A stretch of 63,957 nucleotides of DNA, the filler included, from Octopus bimaculoides (Eukaryota): NCBI RefSeq assembly GCF_001194135.2. It is 5 parts of 5 records of this genome, joined end to end, with 100 filler letters (N's around TTAATTAATTAA, not from the genome) between each part and the next. Parts side by side here need not be neighbours in the genome. Positions count along the whole stretch, not along the records: positions 39,170 to 62,825 come from NC_069006.1; positions 62,926 to 63,957 come from NW_026425601.1; 3 more parts are not named here. One strand, written 5' to 3'. Made by a program: the position numbers and the translations under genes. Below, one piece after another: positions 51,430 through 63,226 of this stretch; position 1 is the stretch's first letter, and every line of letters begins with the position of its first letter. The notes under the pieces are model-generated. The model had not been told where the DNA came from, ran no database searches, and saw only the letters and a list, made by a program, of their open reading frames with translations.

Positions 51430-53100
51430 TTCGGTAACGGTGGTCACTATTTGAAGTTTAATTTTGAATTTAGCTTATATATGTAATATTCTTTTACTTC
51501 TCCTAATTGTTCGATTTCATTTTTCTTCATTCATTTTGAAAAAAAAAAATGAAATAATTTGAAATCCCTAATTGCACAAATATGGAGAAGTTCCCCACAA
51601 TGAATGTTTTTGATTTTTTGTTTGTTATTCAGTCCATTACTTTTGTTCTTGTTTGGTTGATATATTTCTTAATACAATAAGATAAGATTTTTTTTTTTTA
51701 TTTTCTTTGTAATTCCTGTTAGTTTCCGAATAGAATTTTGCCTTTGTTAGTTTGGTTCTCTTACGATTTGGTGGATTTCTTTGAATGTTAATAATTTCTG
51801 ACTCGTCGTGGTTTTGGTTAGATTTAACGACTCGTATGAATTTTCAAGTTATTTCTTTGATGGAATATACGTTGTTGTGACTTTTGTGATTGTGCATAGC
51901 AAGTAAAATATTCCTATTTGTGTCTTCTTGTTATGAGAATTTGTCCGTAAATCAAAGATTTGTTTTGTTTTGGTTTGGCCATGCTATAACTTTTTCTCCG
52001 AGGATAATTAAATTTAGGTCTTCCAGTTGTCTCGTACATTTGAGCCTGTAACTATTCTATACGGCCGTCTTTCTATATTTAATCTTGTATTTGTTTTAGC
52101 AGAGGATGGATGGCAAGTTCTTAAATCTCAATATTAGGGTATCATTTTTTCTTCTCAGTAGAGATCGATTTAAACAGTTTATAGCAATATGTCCAGAAAT
52201 GGAAGCTCCCTTTCAATCGTATCCATTGTGAATTCATGAATAATATTACTTAATTTATGGTGCCCTGTGATGTTTTTGTTTCTATTTTTTTTTTTTTTTT
52301 TTTTTTTTTTCTGTATTTTCCAAAACAAGACGAAGTCTTCCACATATGATTTTCAGGTTTCTTTTAACCGGGTTTTGAAATTATGATAAAAAAAAAATCA
52401 AATGCCTGATCGGACATAAGTATTTCCTTCTGACAATTATATCACTAGTATTACAAAAGTGAGACTGACATTTGTGACCATTGATGTCTCTTCTATTGAC
52501 AGCAATATTGTTTATCAAAACAGAAACTTTTGTTTGCTGGAAACCAAACATAATTCTCATTGAATAAATTCTTTTGAGAAGCTCTACGAAATAATATGTA
52601 ATATGTCTCTCCGGAATCTCATTGCATCCTGTTATATTCAGTGGGGGATATTTATGCTGAGGCTTGTCACATGGAAGTTTGCCAGGGTCAAATTTATATT
52701 TACCTTTCCTCGAATGTAATTTATTTGTCAACAGTGCAATTGGAAGTATATCGGTGGAACGCGGACAATATTAATGGGTCGAGTTAACATATATAAGCAA
52801 GTATACATCTGTTACCAATGTTCATCGTGGTGAAATCCTAGTCATTTGTGTGAAAGATAAATTCAAAATATGACTCTTATCCAAAGCAAATGAGGAAAAC
52901 ATGCAATTACGAAAGGCGAAAGCATATTTTATAAAGAAACCAAATTTGACTCGAGGAAAAATAATGACCAACGTTGCCAAACAGAATTATTACATTTCAG
53001 ATTGTCGGGTGAGAAGCTAAAGGTAGGGAAAACGTTTATTCAAAAAGTCATCTCACCTGGTCTATGCTGACGTGCAATTTTAAAATTTCTTCCTGTTATT
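51430..53100 (-). mobile_element. Penelope-like element (RT plus residual GIY-YIG C-terminus), heavily decayed
   Basis: Colinear minus-strand motifs: TLANFHVTSLSINIPH (about 52641-52690), SFSKEFI, EETSMVTNVSLTFVILVI (GTAMGT-like), SYVEDFVLFW (YxDD-like, about 52325-52355), RELPFLDILL (52183-52213), TCHPSSAKTNTRLNIERR..IV, CGTSPY, EVKEYYIYKLNSKLN. These match Penelope RT, linker and C-terminus. Confidence 0.8.
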
Positions 53101-53352
53101 TAATAATCGTTCAGAGTTGAAAATTTCTTATACATATTGCGGCTACATCCAGAAATGTTACTTGAATTTCTAAATGCACACATATAAATATATATGTATA
53201 TTTAAATATATTCAAATACTTACAAGAATATATTCAACTTAACGTGGATATTGTGCTATTGTAATAGAACACCGAATACTACGTTATTTACTTTAGACGC
53301 ATGTTGCATACAAGTATTCATATTTATATCATTCGTCTACAAGTATCGTGAA

Positions 53353-53398
53353 CTGCTAGATCGGGTGATTTCGCTCTGCCTGGACTCTTCAGTGGTAG
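53353..53398 (-). ncRNA. Type I hammerhead-ribozyme-like motif upstream of the Penelope RT
   Basis: Minus strand CTACCA-CTGAAGA-GTCC-AGGCA-GAGC-GAA-ATC-ACCC-GAT-C-TAGCAG: intact CUGANGA, GAAA and NUH core; stems I and II imperfect. Confidence 0.6.
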
Positions 53399-54669
53399 AT
53401 CTTTTGTAGCGAAGGTTTGTCTTTTGGCATTAATACTGCTTCTGTCGTTATTCATTGTGTGTGTGTGTGCGTGCGTGCGTAGATAGATATATAGATAGAT
53501 AGATGCATACATACATACATAGACAGACAAATATTCATACATACATACATACATACATACATATGCTCGAATACGTTCTTCCAAACATGCACGTATGCAG
53601 TTATATATACATATCTCTACATAATAATTTTAATGTATTTCTTGCAAAGATGAATATTCAGAAATTTTTCTCCCTATGTGTGTTGCATTTTGTGACTATA
53701 GGTATGTGTATGTGCGTGCGTGCGTGCGTGTGTATTTAAAAATGAGAGACAGGGGGAGAGATAGATAGATAGATAGATCAAAAGTTTACGTTAACATTAC
53801 GGTTGTTTAATTATAAAATTTATAAGCAACAACAAACAGCTAGTGATGAAAAGATCCAATATTTTTAGAAGAGTCAAATTTCTTTACCGATTAGTTACTC
53901 AACACTGACTTCAAACGTATCATTGATGTATTTCAACCATGTTGCATCCTCGTTGAAAAGGAAAGGTTTTATGGCATGCATTTTACTATCTATATCGCTA
54001 TCATATATTCTTCCTAATTCCAGTCCTTTGCAGAGGTGTGGTTTGAAACTGACTGGCTAAAACCTACAAAAACAAATTGGCTGAATTTTCATCTCTTGGA
54101 TCTGATGATACTCAAACGGTTAATTGTTGCTTTGCAGGTACTATTGAAGAAAGAGGTTATTCTGATTTCTTTTGCTGTTACGCTATTTAATATATTTTAG
54201 CGGCTCTCACATATTCGTTCGCATTGGAGTTAATAATTCTTCTCTTGAGGTTAGATTTTAAATTCCCTTCAAACTTCCTTCGCGTGATATATTCTTTACG
54301 TTTATGCAAACTTTCTTTTGGGTTCTCAGAGAGATTCCATCGCATTTTTTGCCTTCTCGCCTTGGTACTCCATCGTCATAAGTCTAAAACGAAGTAAGAT
54401 GTATTCAGCGTTCAGTAAAAGTTGTAGAGGAAGAATAAATAGTGTTACAAAGAAAAGCATAAAACTCTACCATAAAAAAATATTTTTCCTGTTGGTACAA
54501 ATGAACCGAAAGGATTAAATTAAATGGAAAAAAAAATTAGATAAATTCTGGTCGAGTTTCTACATGGATTTTATATCGTTGCTATCATAATGAAGCAAGT
54601 TATAAGCAATCGCATATACTTGTTTATTTTCCATTTTTGGGTAAATTTATTCAGGTTTTCGTATTTGTT

Positions 54670-54958
54670 GTTTGTTCCTTTTGGCGCCATGCCTGGTTCA
54701 TAAGGGCCAGTTTACCGGATTTATTGGCGTATAGGTTCCCCTCCTGGACGGGACGCCAGTCCGTCACAGGTGAGCTGCTAGATGCAGGAGGAAAGAATGA
54801 GAGAAAATTGTGGCGAAAGAGTCAGCAGAGGTTCGCCATTACTTTATGCCGGAGTCGCGTGCAGCTTAGGTGCTTCACTCATAAACACACACATCGGCCG
54901 GTCTGACATACGAACCTGCAATCACTCGAGCTATAACCACTAGGCCATGTGCGTCCAC
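54670..54958 (-). mobile_element. SINE, group C-related
   Basis: cctggacgggacgccagtccgtcacagg ... gcttaggtgcttcactcataaacacac ... acgaacctgcaatc..taaccactaggccatgtgcgtcc (reverse tRNA-like head). Confidence 0.7.
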
Positions 54959-55345
54959 CGAGTTTCATTATTTAATTTTAAAACTTTTCGTTTCCTGAAG
55001 GTTAAAAGTTTTTCTAAAATATTCAATTGCTGCGATGCCCTAACTATTTCAATTTATTTTGAAAATGCTTTCTTTAATTTTTAATTTTAATGTGTTAATC
55101 ATGTTCCCTAATTTTTTTTCAAAATTTCCAGTCACTTATCCGTGGTTGGCATCTGAAAGTTATTGTGCAGTATTTTCTCTTTTTTGATGGGTAATATCCT
55201 GTATTTTGGAAAAAAAAAATCTTGTCTGACCCCCTCCATCGTATTGATAAGTTGCATAATATACGACTTGTTCGAGGATGTCGAAATATATTTTTATCTT
55301 CAATAATTCCAAGATAACGAATTTTATCTTCTATCTTCAAGGAGT

Positions 55346-55558
55346 AATATTGGTTTCAAATTCTTGCACAAAGCCAGAAAGTTTAGGGGAGGGTGCATGT
55401 CCAGTACTTCGACCCCCAGTGATCAATTGATACTTATTTTGTTGACCCTGAAAGAATGAAAAGCAAAGACGACCTCGGCGGAATTTGAACTCGGAACAGA
55501 AAGGCGGACAAAATGCCGCAAAGCTTTTTGTCCAGCGTGCTAAAGATTCTGCCAACTC
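55346..55558 (-). mobile_element. SINE, group A
   Basis: attggtttcaaattcttgcacaaagccag..tcgacccccagtgatcaattgatactt..gacgacctcggcggaatttgaactcgg..gattctgccaactc. Confidence 0.9.
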
Positions 55559-55573
55559 TATAAAAGCTAACGT

Positions 55574-55789
55574 TTCTTCAATTCTTCATTGCCCACAAGG
55601 GCTAAACATAGAGGGAACAAACAAGGACAGACAAACGAATTGAGTCGTTTACATCGACCCCAGTGCGTAACTGGTACTTAATTTATCGACCCCCGAAAGG
55701 ATGAAAGGCAAAGTCGACCTCGGTGGAATTTGAACTTAAAACGTAGCGGCAGACGAAATGCCACTATGCATTTCGCCAGCTCGCTGCCT
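55574..55789 (-). mobile_element. SINE, group A, head-to-tail with the previous copy, different tail subtype
   Basis: gcccacaagggctaaacatagagg..atcgaccccagtgcgtaactggtactt..aaggcaaagtcgacctcggtggaatttgaac..ccagctcgctgcct. Confidence 0.92.
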
Positions 55790-56725
55790 TAATCACCATC
55801 CTTATATTTGCACATATTTATCATCAATGATTGGGGCTTCTGCGTGGTTGTTTGTCTCCCGAGAAATAGCAGTTAATTCGCACCAAAATAAACAAAAATA
55901 AACAAGAAACCAGAAACAAGAATATTTCTGTCCTGTAAAACGGAGAGAAACAATTGATAAATACTTCTAGATATACAGCAACGTGATGGCCATGGCCGGA
56001 ATCGATTTGATAAAAAGCTTGCTCGATCGGGATGGACATGGGGCTAACCACCACCGCCGCCGCCTTCACCATCATCAGCAGCAACAACAGCAACAGCACT
56101 ACGAATTAACAAACACAATTAATTTCATAGCCACCAAACCTCTTCCTTATAAGTGTTATAGTTATTGTTGGCATGCTTGAATCATGGCTCTTCTAAACCA
56201 GGCCTGACCGAGGGCTAAATAACATCAAAAACAATCTCAGCAACTCCCTCTCAAACTACCAGTATCACGAAACACCACCAAAGTCGGATTTCTCCAACGT
56301 GGTGGCTCTATCGATAGAGGAGCCAAATCTTCTTCAAATCACAAGAGCACTATCGTAAAAATAAAAAATAAATGAACACGTTTGATAATGTGATACTGGA
56401 TTGCCTGTAGAAAGAAGAAAAAAAAGATGAGAAGGTCATGGGTGGAATTCTTTTGATCCTATGTCTGTTCCTGTCTGATTAGAGCTGATATGGAGCTTAA
56501 CAACAACAACAACCACAGCTACAAAAACACCGTATCAGCCATTGCCATTTTCAAAATTAGTATCGAACGAAACCACAAGCACTCGATGTCATGGACAAGA
56601 ATCACAATCACAATCGCCACCACTACTACTACTACTACTAACAGCACTATCAACCATCTTCAGCCACCACCACCACTACTGATACTTCTACTAAAGCCAC
56701 CAATACAATCACCACCACCAACATC

Positions 56726-56760
<35 letters not shown>

Positions 56761-57392
56761 CAGTAACATAACGCTCGTTATTATCAATGNNNNNNNNNNN
56801 NNNNNNNNNNNNNNNNNNNNNNNNNNNNNNNNNNNNNNNNNNNNNNNNNNNNNNNNNNNNNNNNNNNNNNNNNNNNNNNNNNNNNNNNNNNNNNNNNNNN
56901 NNNNNNNNNNNNNNNNNNNNNNNNNNNNNNNNNNNNNNNNNNNNNNNNNNNNNNNNNNNNNNNNNNNNNNNNNNNNNNNNNNNNNNNNNNNNNNNNNNNN
57001 NNNNNNNNNNNNNNNNNNNNNNNNNNNNNNNNNNNNNNNNNNNNNNNNNNNNNNNNNNNNNNNNNNNNNNNNNNNNNNNNNNNNNNNNNNNNNNNNNNNN
57101 NNNNNNNNNNNNNNNNNNNNNNNNNNNNNNNNNNNNNNNNNNNNNNNNNNNNNNNNNNNNNNNNNNNNNNNNNNNNNNNNNNNNNNNNNNNNNNNNNNNN
57201 NNNNNNNNNNNNNNNNNNNNNNNNNNNNNNNNNNNNNNNNNNNNNNNNNNNNNNNNNNNNNNNNNNNNNNNNNNNNNNNNNNNNNNNNNNNNNNNNNNNN
57301 NNNNNNNNNNNNNNNNNNNNNNNNNNNNNNNNNNNNNNNNNNNNNNNNNNNNNNNNNNNNNNNNNNNNNNNNNNNNNNNNNNNNNNNGAATA

Positions 57393-57613
57393 AGGTGGCG
57401 AACTGGTAGAACCGTTACCGTGCCGGGTGAAATGCATAATGGCATTTCGTCCGTCATTACGTTCCGAATTCAAATTCCACCGAGATCGATTTAACTTTCA
57501 TTCTTTCGGGGACGACAGTATAAGTACCAGTTGAATATTGGTGTCGATGTAACCGACATGAACTCCCACTCCTAAAACTGCTGGTCTTGTGCCAAAATGT
57601 GAAACCACTATTA
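57393..57613 (+). mobile_element. SINE, group A
   Basis: ggtggcgaactggtagaaccgttaccgtgccgggtgaaatgc..aattcaaattccaccgagatcg..aagtaccagttg..ggtgtcgatgtaaccgac..gtgaaaccactatta. Confidence 0.9.
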
Positions 57614-58904
57614 CGGTGGATTGTCAATATGCTTAGAGCTTCGGACAAAACATCATATGATATTTTGTTGTCAATCTCTGCATTCTGAGTTCGAATCTGC
57701 CTGCCTGAGTACCGACGTTGCTTTTCATTCTTCCAAAGTATCAACAAAATCAATGCTTCCAAAATATCACATACGATGTAATCGAATACTCACCCACGCA
57801 TAAAGTTTGCTATTCATATTATTATTATAGTTTAGCCCTAGGACAACCACCATTTATCACACTTAAGATCAAAGACATTTCGTCTGGGACCATGTTTTTG
57901 TTTCCTGTTTTTTTTTTTTTTNNNNNNNNNNTTCCTGTTTTTTTTTTTTTAATTTTGTTTGTAAGGAAACATTACATAACGAGTCCTTTATTCAGGCTTA
58001 GGCTAAGGTTTACGGGACATTTTGGCTGCTATTTCTAGCGTGCTGTGCTGCTAAATAGTTTTGGCGTTGTTGGTATGGTGGTGGTTAGTGGTGGCCTTAA
58101 TGGTAGTGGGGGGTGGGAAACGAGGTTATTGCTGCTACTGCGTCTGCTGATGGTGAGCGATGCTGTTGGTGGATATGAGATAATAATTAATTTTAAAACA
58201 AAAAAAAAATATTCTCCGCGGATCTAAGAAAAGAAAAAAATACAAACAAAAGATAATAAACAAAACCCAAACAAATTCTACAGAAAACAATAACAGCAAC
58301 AACACCAATACCAGCTACAAAAACGTAAAAAAATCTATTAACATAAAAATTGAGAAAGAGATAATTTGATTAAATTTAATGAAAATGAAAAGAATGTTTC
58401 TGAGAAAATCGGATTAAGCTTTTTGACATGGAAAACATCTAAACATTCCTCAGACGATGCCAATGATTTGGAGATTTATAAAGAAATATGAAGAATATGG
58501 TTTCAGAAATATTTTGGAAACTTTTCCGATAGTGTTCTTTTTGTTTTTGTTTGTTTGTATATTGTGTTGGTCTGTCTATCTGTCTACTTACGTTGTTTGC
58601 CCATGGTGTCTACGTGTTTGTCAAACTATTGATCTGTCTGTCTCTCTGTCTATCTTCAATCAATCTATCTATCTATTTCTCTTTCTCTCTCTCTCCCTAT
58701 CTATAATCTATTTATCTATCTATCTCCATCTCTCTCTCTCTCTCTCTCTTTCTCTCTTTCTACCTACCTATCTATCCCTTTATCTATTTGTATGTTTCTC
58801 AATCAATCTACCTATCTATCTATCTATCTATCTAGGTATCTATCTATTTATCTACCTAAGTGTCTGTCTGTGCATCTACTTATCTATCTGCCTATTTTCT
58901 GTAT

Positions 58905-59090
58905 CCGCTTTGTGAGTGGATTTGGTAGAGGGAAACTGAAAGAAGCCCGTCGTATATATATATACTGTTGTTCTGTTTACGTTCCCGTAACTTAGCGGTT
59001 CGGAAAAAGAGAGCCGACAGAATAAGTACTAGGCTTACAAAGAATAAGTCCTGGGATCGATTTGTTCGAAACAAGTAAAAGATTAAAAGA
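58905..59090 (+). mobile_element. SINE, group B, 5'-truncated with short internal (TA)n
   Basis: gtgagtggatttggtagagggaaactgaaagaagcccgtcg-tatatatatata-..gtaacttagcggttcgg..aagtactaggcttacaaagaataagtcctgggatcgattt. Confidence 0.9.
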
Positions 59091-59119
59091 AAGATCTGCC
59101 ATCATCATAAAGCTCCTCA

Positions 59120-59340
59120 TCGTTATTGTCTCGTGTCCTAGAACACATGGGACCAGTTGCCCGCTTTCCATGGCGTTTAAGTGAACTAGTTCGCAACATT
59201 CTCTCTGAACGGGATATTTGACTGTCGCAGGTTTACTCATTTACTGATGAGCGGACTGGATCAATGTGAAATGAAGTGTTTTGCTCAGAAACACAATGCT
59301 CCGTCCGGTTCGGAAATTGAAACTATGATCTTGCGATCCT
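59120..59340 (-). mobile_element. SINE, group C-related
   Basis: ctgtcgcagg..gcggactggatcaatgtgaaatgaagtgttttgctcagaaacacaatgc..aattgaaactatgatcttgcgatc. Confidence 0.7.
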
Positions 59341-59394
59341 AAATGAAGATAAATTACCAGAAATAAAATTGTGAGTTATGTGACTGGCAGAAGA

Positions 59395-59562
59395 AGTCAC
59401 ATGGGTTTCTTTCAGTTTCCGTCTGCCAATTCTACTCAATAATTTAGTCGGCCCGAGGCTATAGTAGAAGATATTTGCTTTAGGTGCCACGCAGTGGGAC
59501 TGAACTCGGATCCATGTGGTTGAGAAGCAAGTTTCTTGCAACATACCCACTCTTGCGCCTAA
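59395..59562 (-). mobile_element. SINE, group B, 5' half
   Basis: ttctttcagtttccgtctgcc..gtcggcccgaggctatagtagaag..ggtgccacgcagtgggactgaactcggatccatgtgg..cactcttgcgcct. Confidence 0.9.
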
Positions 59563-59769
59563 TTATGCAGATAAAATTGATATAAAATCGAATGTTACTC
59601 AAGGCTTCGAGAGGTTTTCGGCTCACAGAGAAGAGGCACAACAAAACTCATCGCTTTTGACAACAAAACAGTGCTCCACGAAAAATCAGAGGCCCTCGAT
59701 AGATTAGTCATTTACTTTTACAGCCTGCATAATATCCCAGACGTTGTGGACCACACCGCGCCTTCAAGA

Positions 59770-59910
59770 AGGTAGCACAACATCAAACCATCGAACCCTT
59801 AGATGACACACCTATTTACAATTAATTTAATGATGCAATCAAACAAATGAAAGAAAGTACAGCACTTCGCAGGTGTGGCATACCGCTGAAATCCGATGCA
59901 TAAAGGTATG
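59770..59910 (+). mobile_element. Short RTE-like RT N-terminal fragment
   Basis: QHQTIEPLDDTPIYN*FNDAIKQMKESTALRRCGIP resembles LD.PPT..E...AIKQMK..KAPG.DGIP. Confidence 0.55.
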
Positions 59911-60139
59911 AAGCTTATTGAAAGTCGGTATAGCATACGGTACAGTAAGCATTTGGAGCCATATCCTCTGTTTTGGGATAACTTTTTACGTTTTGTTCAA
60001 TAAGTCTCAGAAGCCCTTAAAAAAATTACTAAAATATCAAGGAGAGAAGCCCTTGAAAAATGACTAAAATATCAACGGTGCTAATATTCTCTCCGTGACT
60101 AAATGATGAAATAAGATCGTTCTAAATTAGATGGCTGCG

Positions 60140-60342
60140 TATTCTTTTATTCTTTTACATGTTTCAGTCATTTGACTGCGGCCATGCTGGAGCACTGCCT
60201 TTCCTCGAACAAATTGACCCCAGGACTTATCCTAGTATGTATTCTACCGGTCTTTTTTGGCCGAACCGCTAATGCACGGGGACGTAAACAGACCAATATC
60301 GGTTTTCAAGCGATAGTGGGGGGAACAAACACAGACACAAAT

Positions 60343-60405
<63 letters not shown>

Positions 60406-60566
60406 GACGGCTTTCAGTTCCCGTCTACCAAATCCACGCACAGGGCTTTAGTCGGCTCGAGGCTATAGTAGAAGACACTTACCCAAGGTGCCCCGCAGTT
60501 GAACTGAACTCGGAACCATGTGGTTGGGAGGCAAGCTTCTTACCACATAGCCACTCCAGCGCCTAT
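60140..60566 (-). mobile_element. SINE, group B, complete, with internal (TA)n at 60348-60404
   Basis: Tail tattcttttattcttttacatgtttcagtcatttgactgcggccatgctggagcac, central (TA)n, head cttaccacatagccactccagcgcctat. Confidence 0.93.
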
Positions 60567-60576
60567 CCATTTAAAT

Positions 60577-60927
60577 CAGTGGTTCTCAAACATTTTTATT
60601 TATGTTCCTTTTGATTACAATTTTATTCTGGTGGATCCCCCATAGTCATTCGATGTTTAAAAACTAGTTTTATAGATACTTCTTGCAAAATTCCTATTTT
60701 GTTTTTCAAACATTAACTTGTGTAGGTTGAACTATGTAACAAAATGTTGAAGAAAGAAGCTTAGTTGTTTCTAGTCATACATACCAATACATACATCTAG
60801 AGCAATTTTTTTCAGGGGCCCTTAAAATTCTAATGTGGATCCTTAAATAACTATTTTGCTGTATGGACCCCCAAAAATCTTATATCGACCCTTCAAAGAT
60901 CATATGGACGCCAGTTAAGAACCACTC
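60577..60927. mobile_element. hAT (Charlie-like) MITE, about 350 bp
   Basis: TIRs CAGTGGTTCTCAA ... TTAAGAACCACTC; 8-bp flanks atttaaat and ggttaaat (6/8 match) fit a hAT TSD. Confidence 0.8.
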
Positions 60928-60989
60928 GGTTAAATCGACCCTAACAGCTTCGAGATGTGGTGTAAATGAATTATTTTGATGCTAGGACT

Positions 60990-61280
60990 TGACTGGTACT
61001 TATTTTATTGATATCAGAAGAATAAAAGGCAAAAAAATTAACCTCGGCGGGATTCGAACTCAGAATTTAAAAGCCGTATTTAAATAGCACAATGAATATT
61101 CTGAACAAAGAAGTTTAAATGATACCGCCAATCTACTACCTTAGTGAACTGTTTTACATCGGCACAAGGCCAGGAGATTGAGGAGAGGAAATAGTACTGA
61201 ATATCGACTTATTTTATCGACCACGAAAAGAATGAAAGGCAATGTCGATCTCTGAAGGGATTAGAACTAAGAAAAAGCAT
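60990..61280 (-). mobile_element. Two degenerate group A SINE copies head-to-tail (about 60990-61140 and 61152-61280)
   Basis: gactggtacttattttattg..aaccTCGGCGGGATTCGAACTCAG, and ggcacaaggccagg..ttttatcgaccacgaaaagaatgaaaggcaatgtcgatc. Confidence 0.75.
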
Positions 61281-61369
61281 CGTAAATATATGGATCTGTA
61301 TATATAGGATAAGGAATTTTAATCCCAACGCTTTCGCTTTCCACACTACACCAGATTGTCAACTGTTAA

Positions 61370-61406
<37 letters not shown>

Positions 61407-62039
61407 TAAAATAAAACCAATATTATTAATAACGGTTATGATAATATTGTTAATACTATAAAATATTTCACACNNNNNNNNNNNNNNNNNNNNNNNNNNN
61501 NNNNNNNNNNNNNNNNNNNNNNNNNNNNNNNNNNNNNNNNNNNNNNNNNNNNNNNNNNNNNNNNNNNNNNNNNNNNNNNNNNNNNNNNNNNNNNNNNNNN
61601 NNNNNNNNNNNNNNNNNNNNNNNNNNNNNNNNNNNNNNNNNNNNNNNNNNNNNNNNNNNNNNNNNNNNNNNNNNNNNNNNTTTTTTATCTAAATTAGAAG
61701 AATAGGATATATGGAAAAGAAAAAAAAAAGAGGTTATAAAAAAAAAAACTAACAAAAAATACAACTGAGAAATTTTTTAAAATATAAAGAATAAATGATT
61801 GAAATGAGTAGAAAATATATTTGTGTTGTTTTTGAGATTTTTATGAGAGGAATTTTGGAAAAAAATTAGTTAAATAAAATAATAGAAAATAAATCACAAC
61901 ATAAACCATAAAGAATGTAATTTTTTCATTTTTTTCATTTTTTTTAATTGTTTGCTGGATTTTTTTTGCTTTTTTACCAAATTCCTTCGTTAATAATTCT
62001 GTAATTTATTAATAACCGTTAACGGATATTTGATTATAG

Positions 62040-62800
62040 AAAGTACATAAATATAACATGAGGTGACATAGGAACGAAACTGGAGAGAGATAGAGAGACG
62101 GGGAGAGGGAGAGAAGGACAAAGAGAGGATAGAGAGGAGAAGGAGAGGGTGAGAAGGAAAGAAAGGCAAAAAGAGAAGGGGAGAGTGTGAGAGAGAAAAC
62201 ACAAATAGATACAGAGAGAGAGAGAGAGAGACAGTTAGACAGAGATGAGGAGAGAAGGGGAAGAGAAAGAGACATGGAAAATGAGATAGAGAAAGGTAAA
62301 GCATGCATGTGTNNNNNNNNNNNNNNNNNNNNNNNNNNNNNNNNNNNNNNNNNNNNNNGGGGGGGGGGGTGCGAGAGAGAGAGAGATAAAGATGCAGCAG
62401 TTGGGAAAGAGAGAGAGAGAGAGAGAGAGATACTAACACATGCAGAGATAGAGAGGAAGAAGAGATACAGGAAAGGGTAGAGAGAGTGAGAGGGAGTGAA
62501 ACGTATCGAGAGAGATAGAGAGATTGAGTAAAATACTGAGAGGTTGAGAGCGAAAGACAGATAATGATGACGACTATGATGATGGCGGTGATGATGATGA
62601 TCATCATCATTATGATCATCATCATCATCATCATAATCATCATCATTTTTATTATCATCGAGAAGAGGAGGGAATGGATGAAGTAGTAACAGAAATGAAA
62701 AGGGTAGCATCTGTGGGGGAAAGATAAAGAGTTAGAGATGTATAAGGAAAGAGAGAATGAGAGTGAAAGAGAGTGAAAAAGAGACAGATTTTTATTTTTA
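62040..62800. repeat. GA-rich polypurine low-complexity tract and (ATC)/(GAT)n
   Basis: Read directly; source of the S/L- and D/H-rich ORFs. Confidence 0.9.
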
Positions 62801-62825
62801 TTTTATTTATTTTTTTTTTTTCGTT

Positions 62826-62925
62826 NNNNNNNNNNNNNNNNNNNNNNNNNNNNNNNNNNNNNNNNNNNNTTAATTAATTAANNNNNNNNNNNNNNNNNNN
62901 NNNNNNNNNNNNNNNNNNNNNNNNN
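62826..62925. other. Artificial scaffold-join spacer
   Basis: N44-TTAATTAATTAA-N44. Confidence 0.95.
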
Positions 62926-63226
62926 CATTATAACAGAACATCCAATGTGTGAGAAAGTAAAATCCATATTTCACCATCAGCGTTATTTATGTCCAAGAAA
63001 ATCAAGGCACACAAGTCAATACATTAAACCAACATCCAGCAGGTAACATCAGTAAAGTCAGCAGTAGTAGAGTCTTTTTGGAATTTGAGTTGTCGATGAC
63101 GTTGTGTTTTTATGTGATTTGCAAAGTTGAGTATTTTTTGTTGTAAAATTGAGTGTCAATCATTGGTGTTAATTATTGATATTGTTCGTGTGTTTTTTTT
63201 TTTTGTGTGTCTTCCCGTTGTGGAAA

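Noticed and set aside
55983-56180. 65-aa ORF with poly-H and poly-Q resembling a transcription-factor exon
   Set aside because: Built from (CAC)/(CAG)/(CAA) low-complexity repeats that are common throughout the window; no domain or clear splice context.
60009-60077. Two about 33-bp tandem units agaagccctt..actaaaatatcaa
   Set aside because: Only two adjacent units with no spacers; a local duplication, not a CRISPR array.
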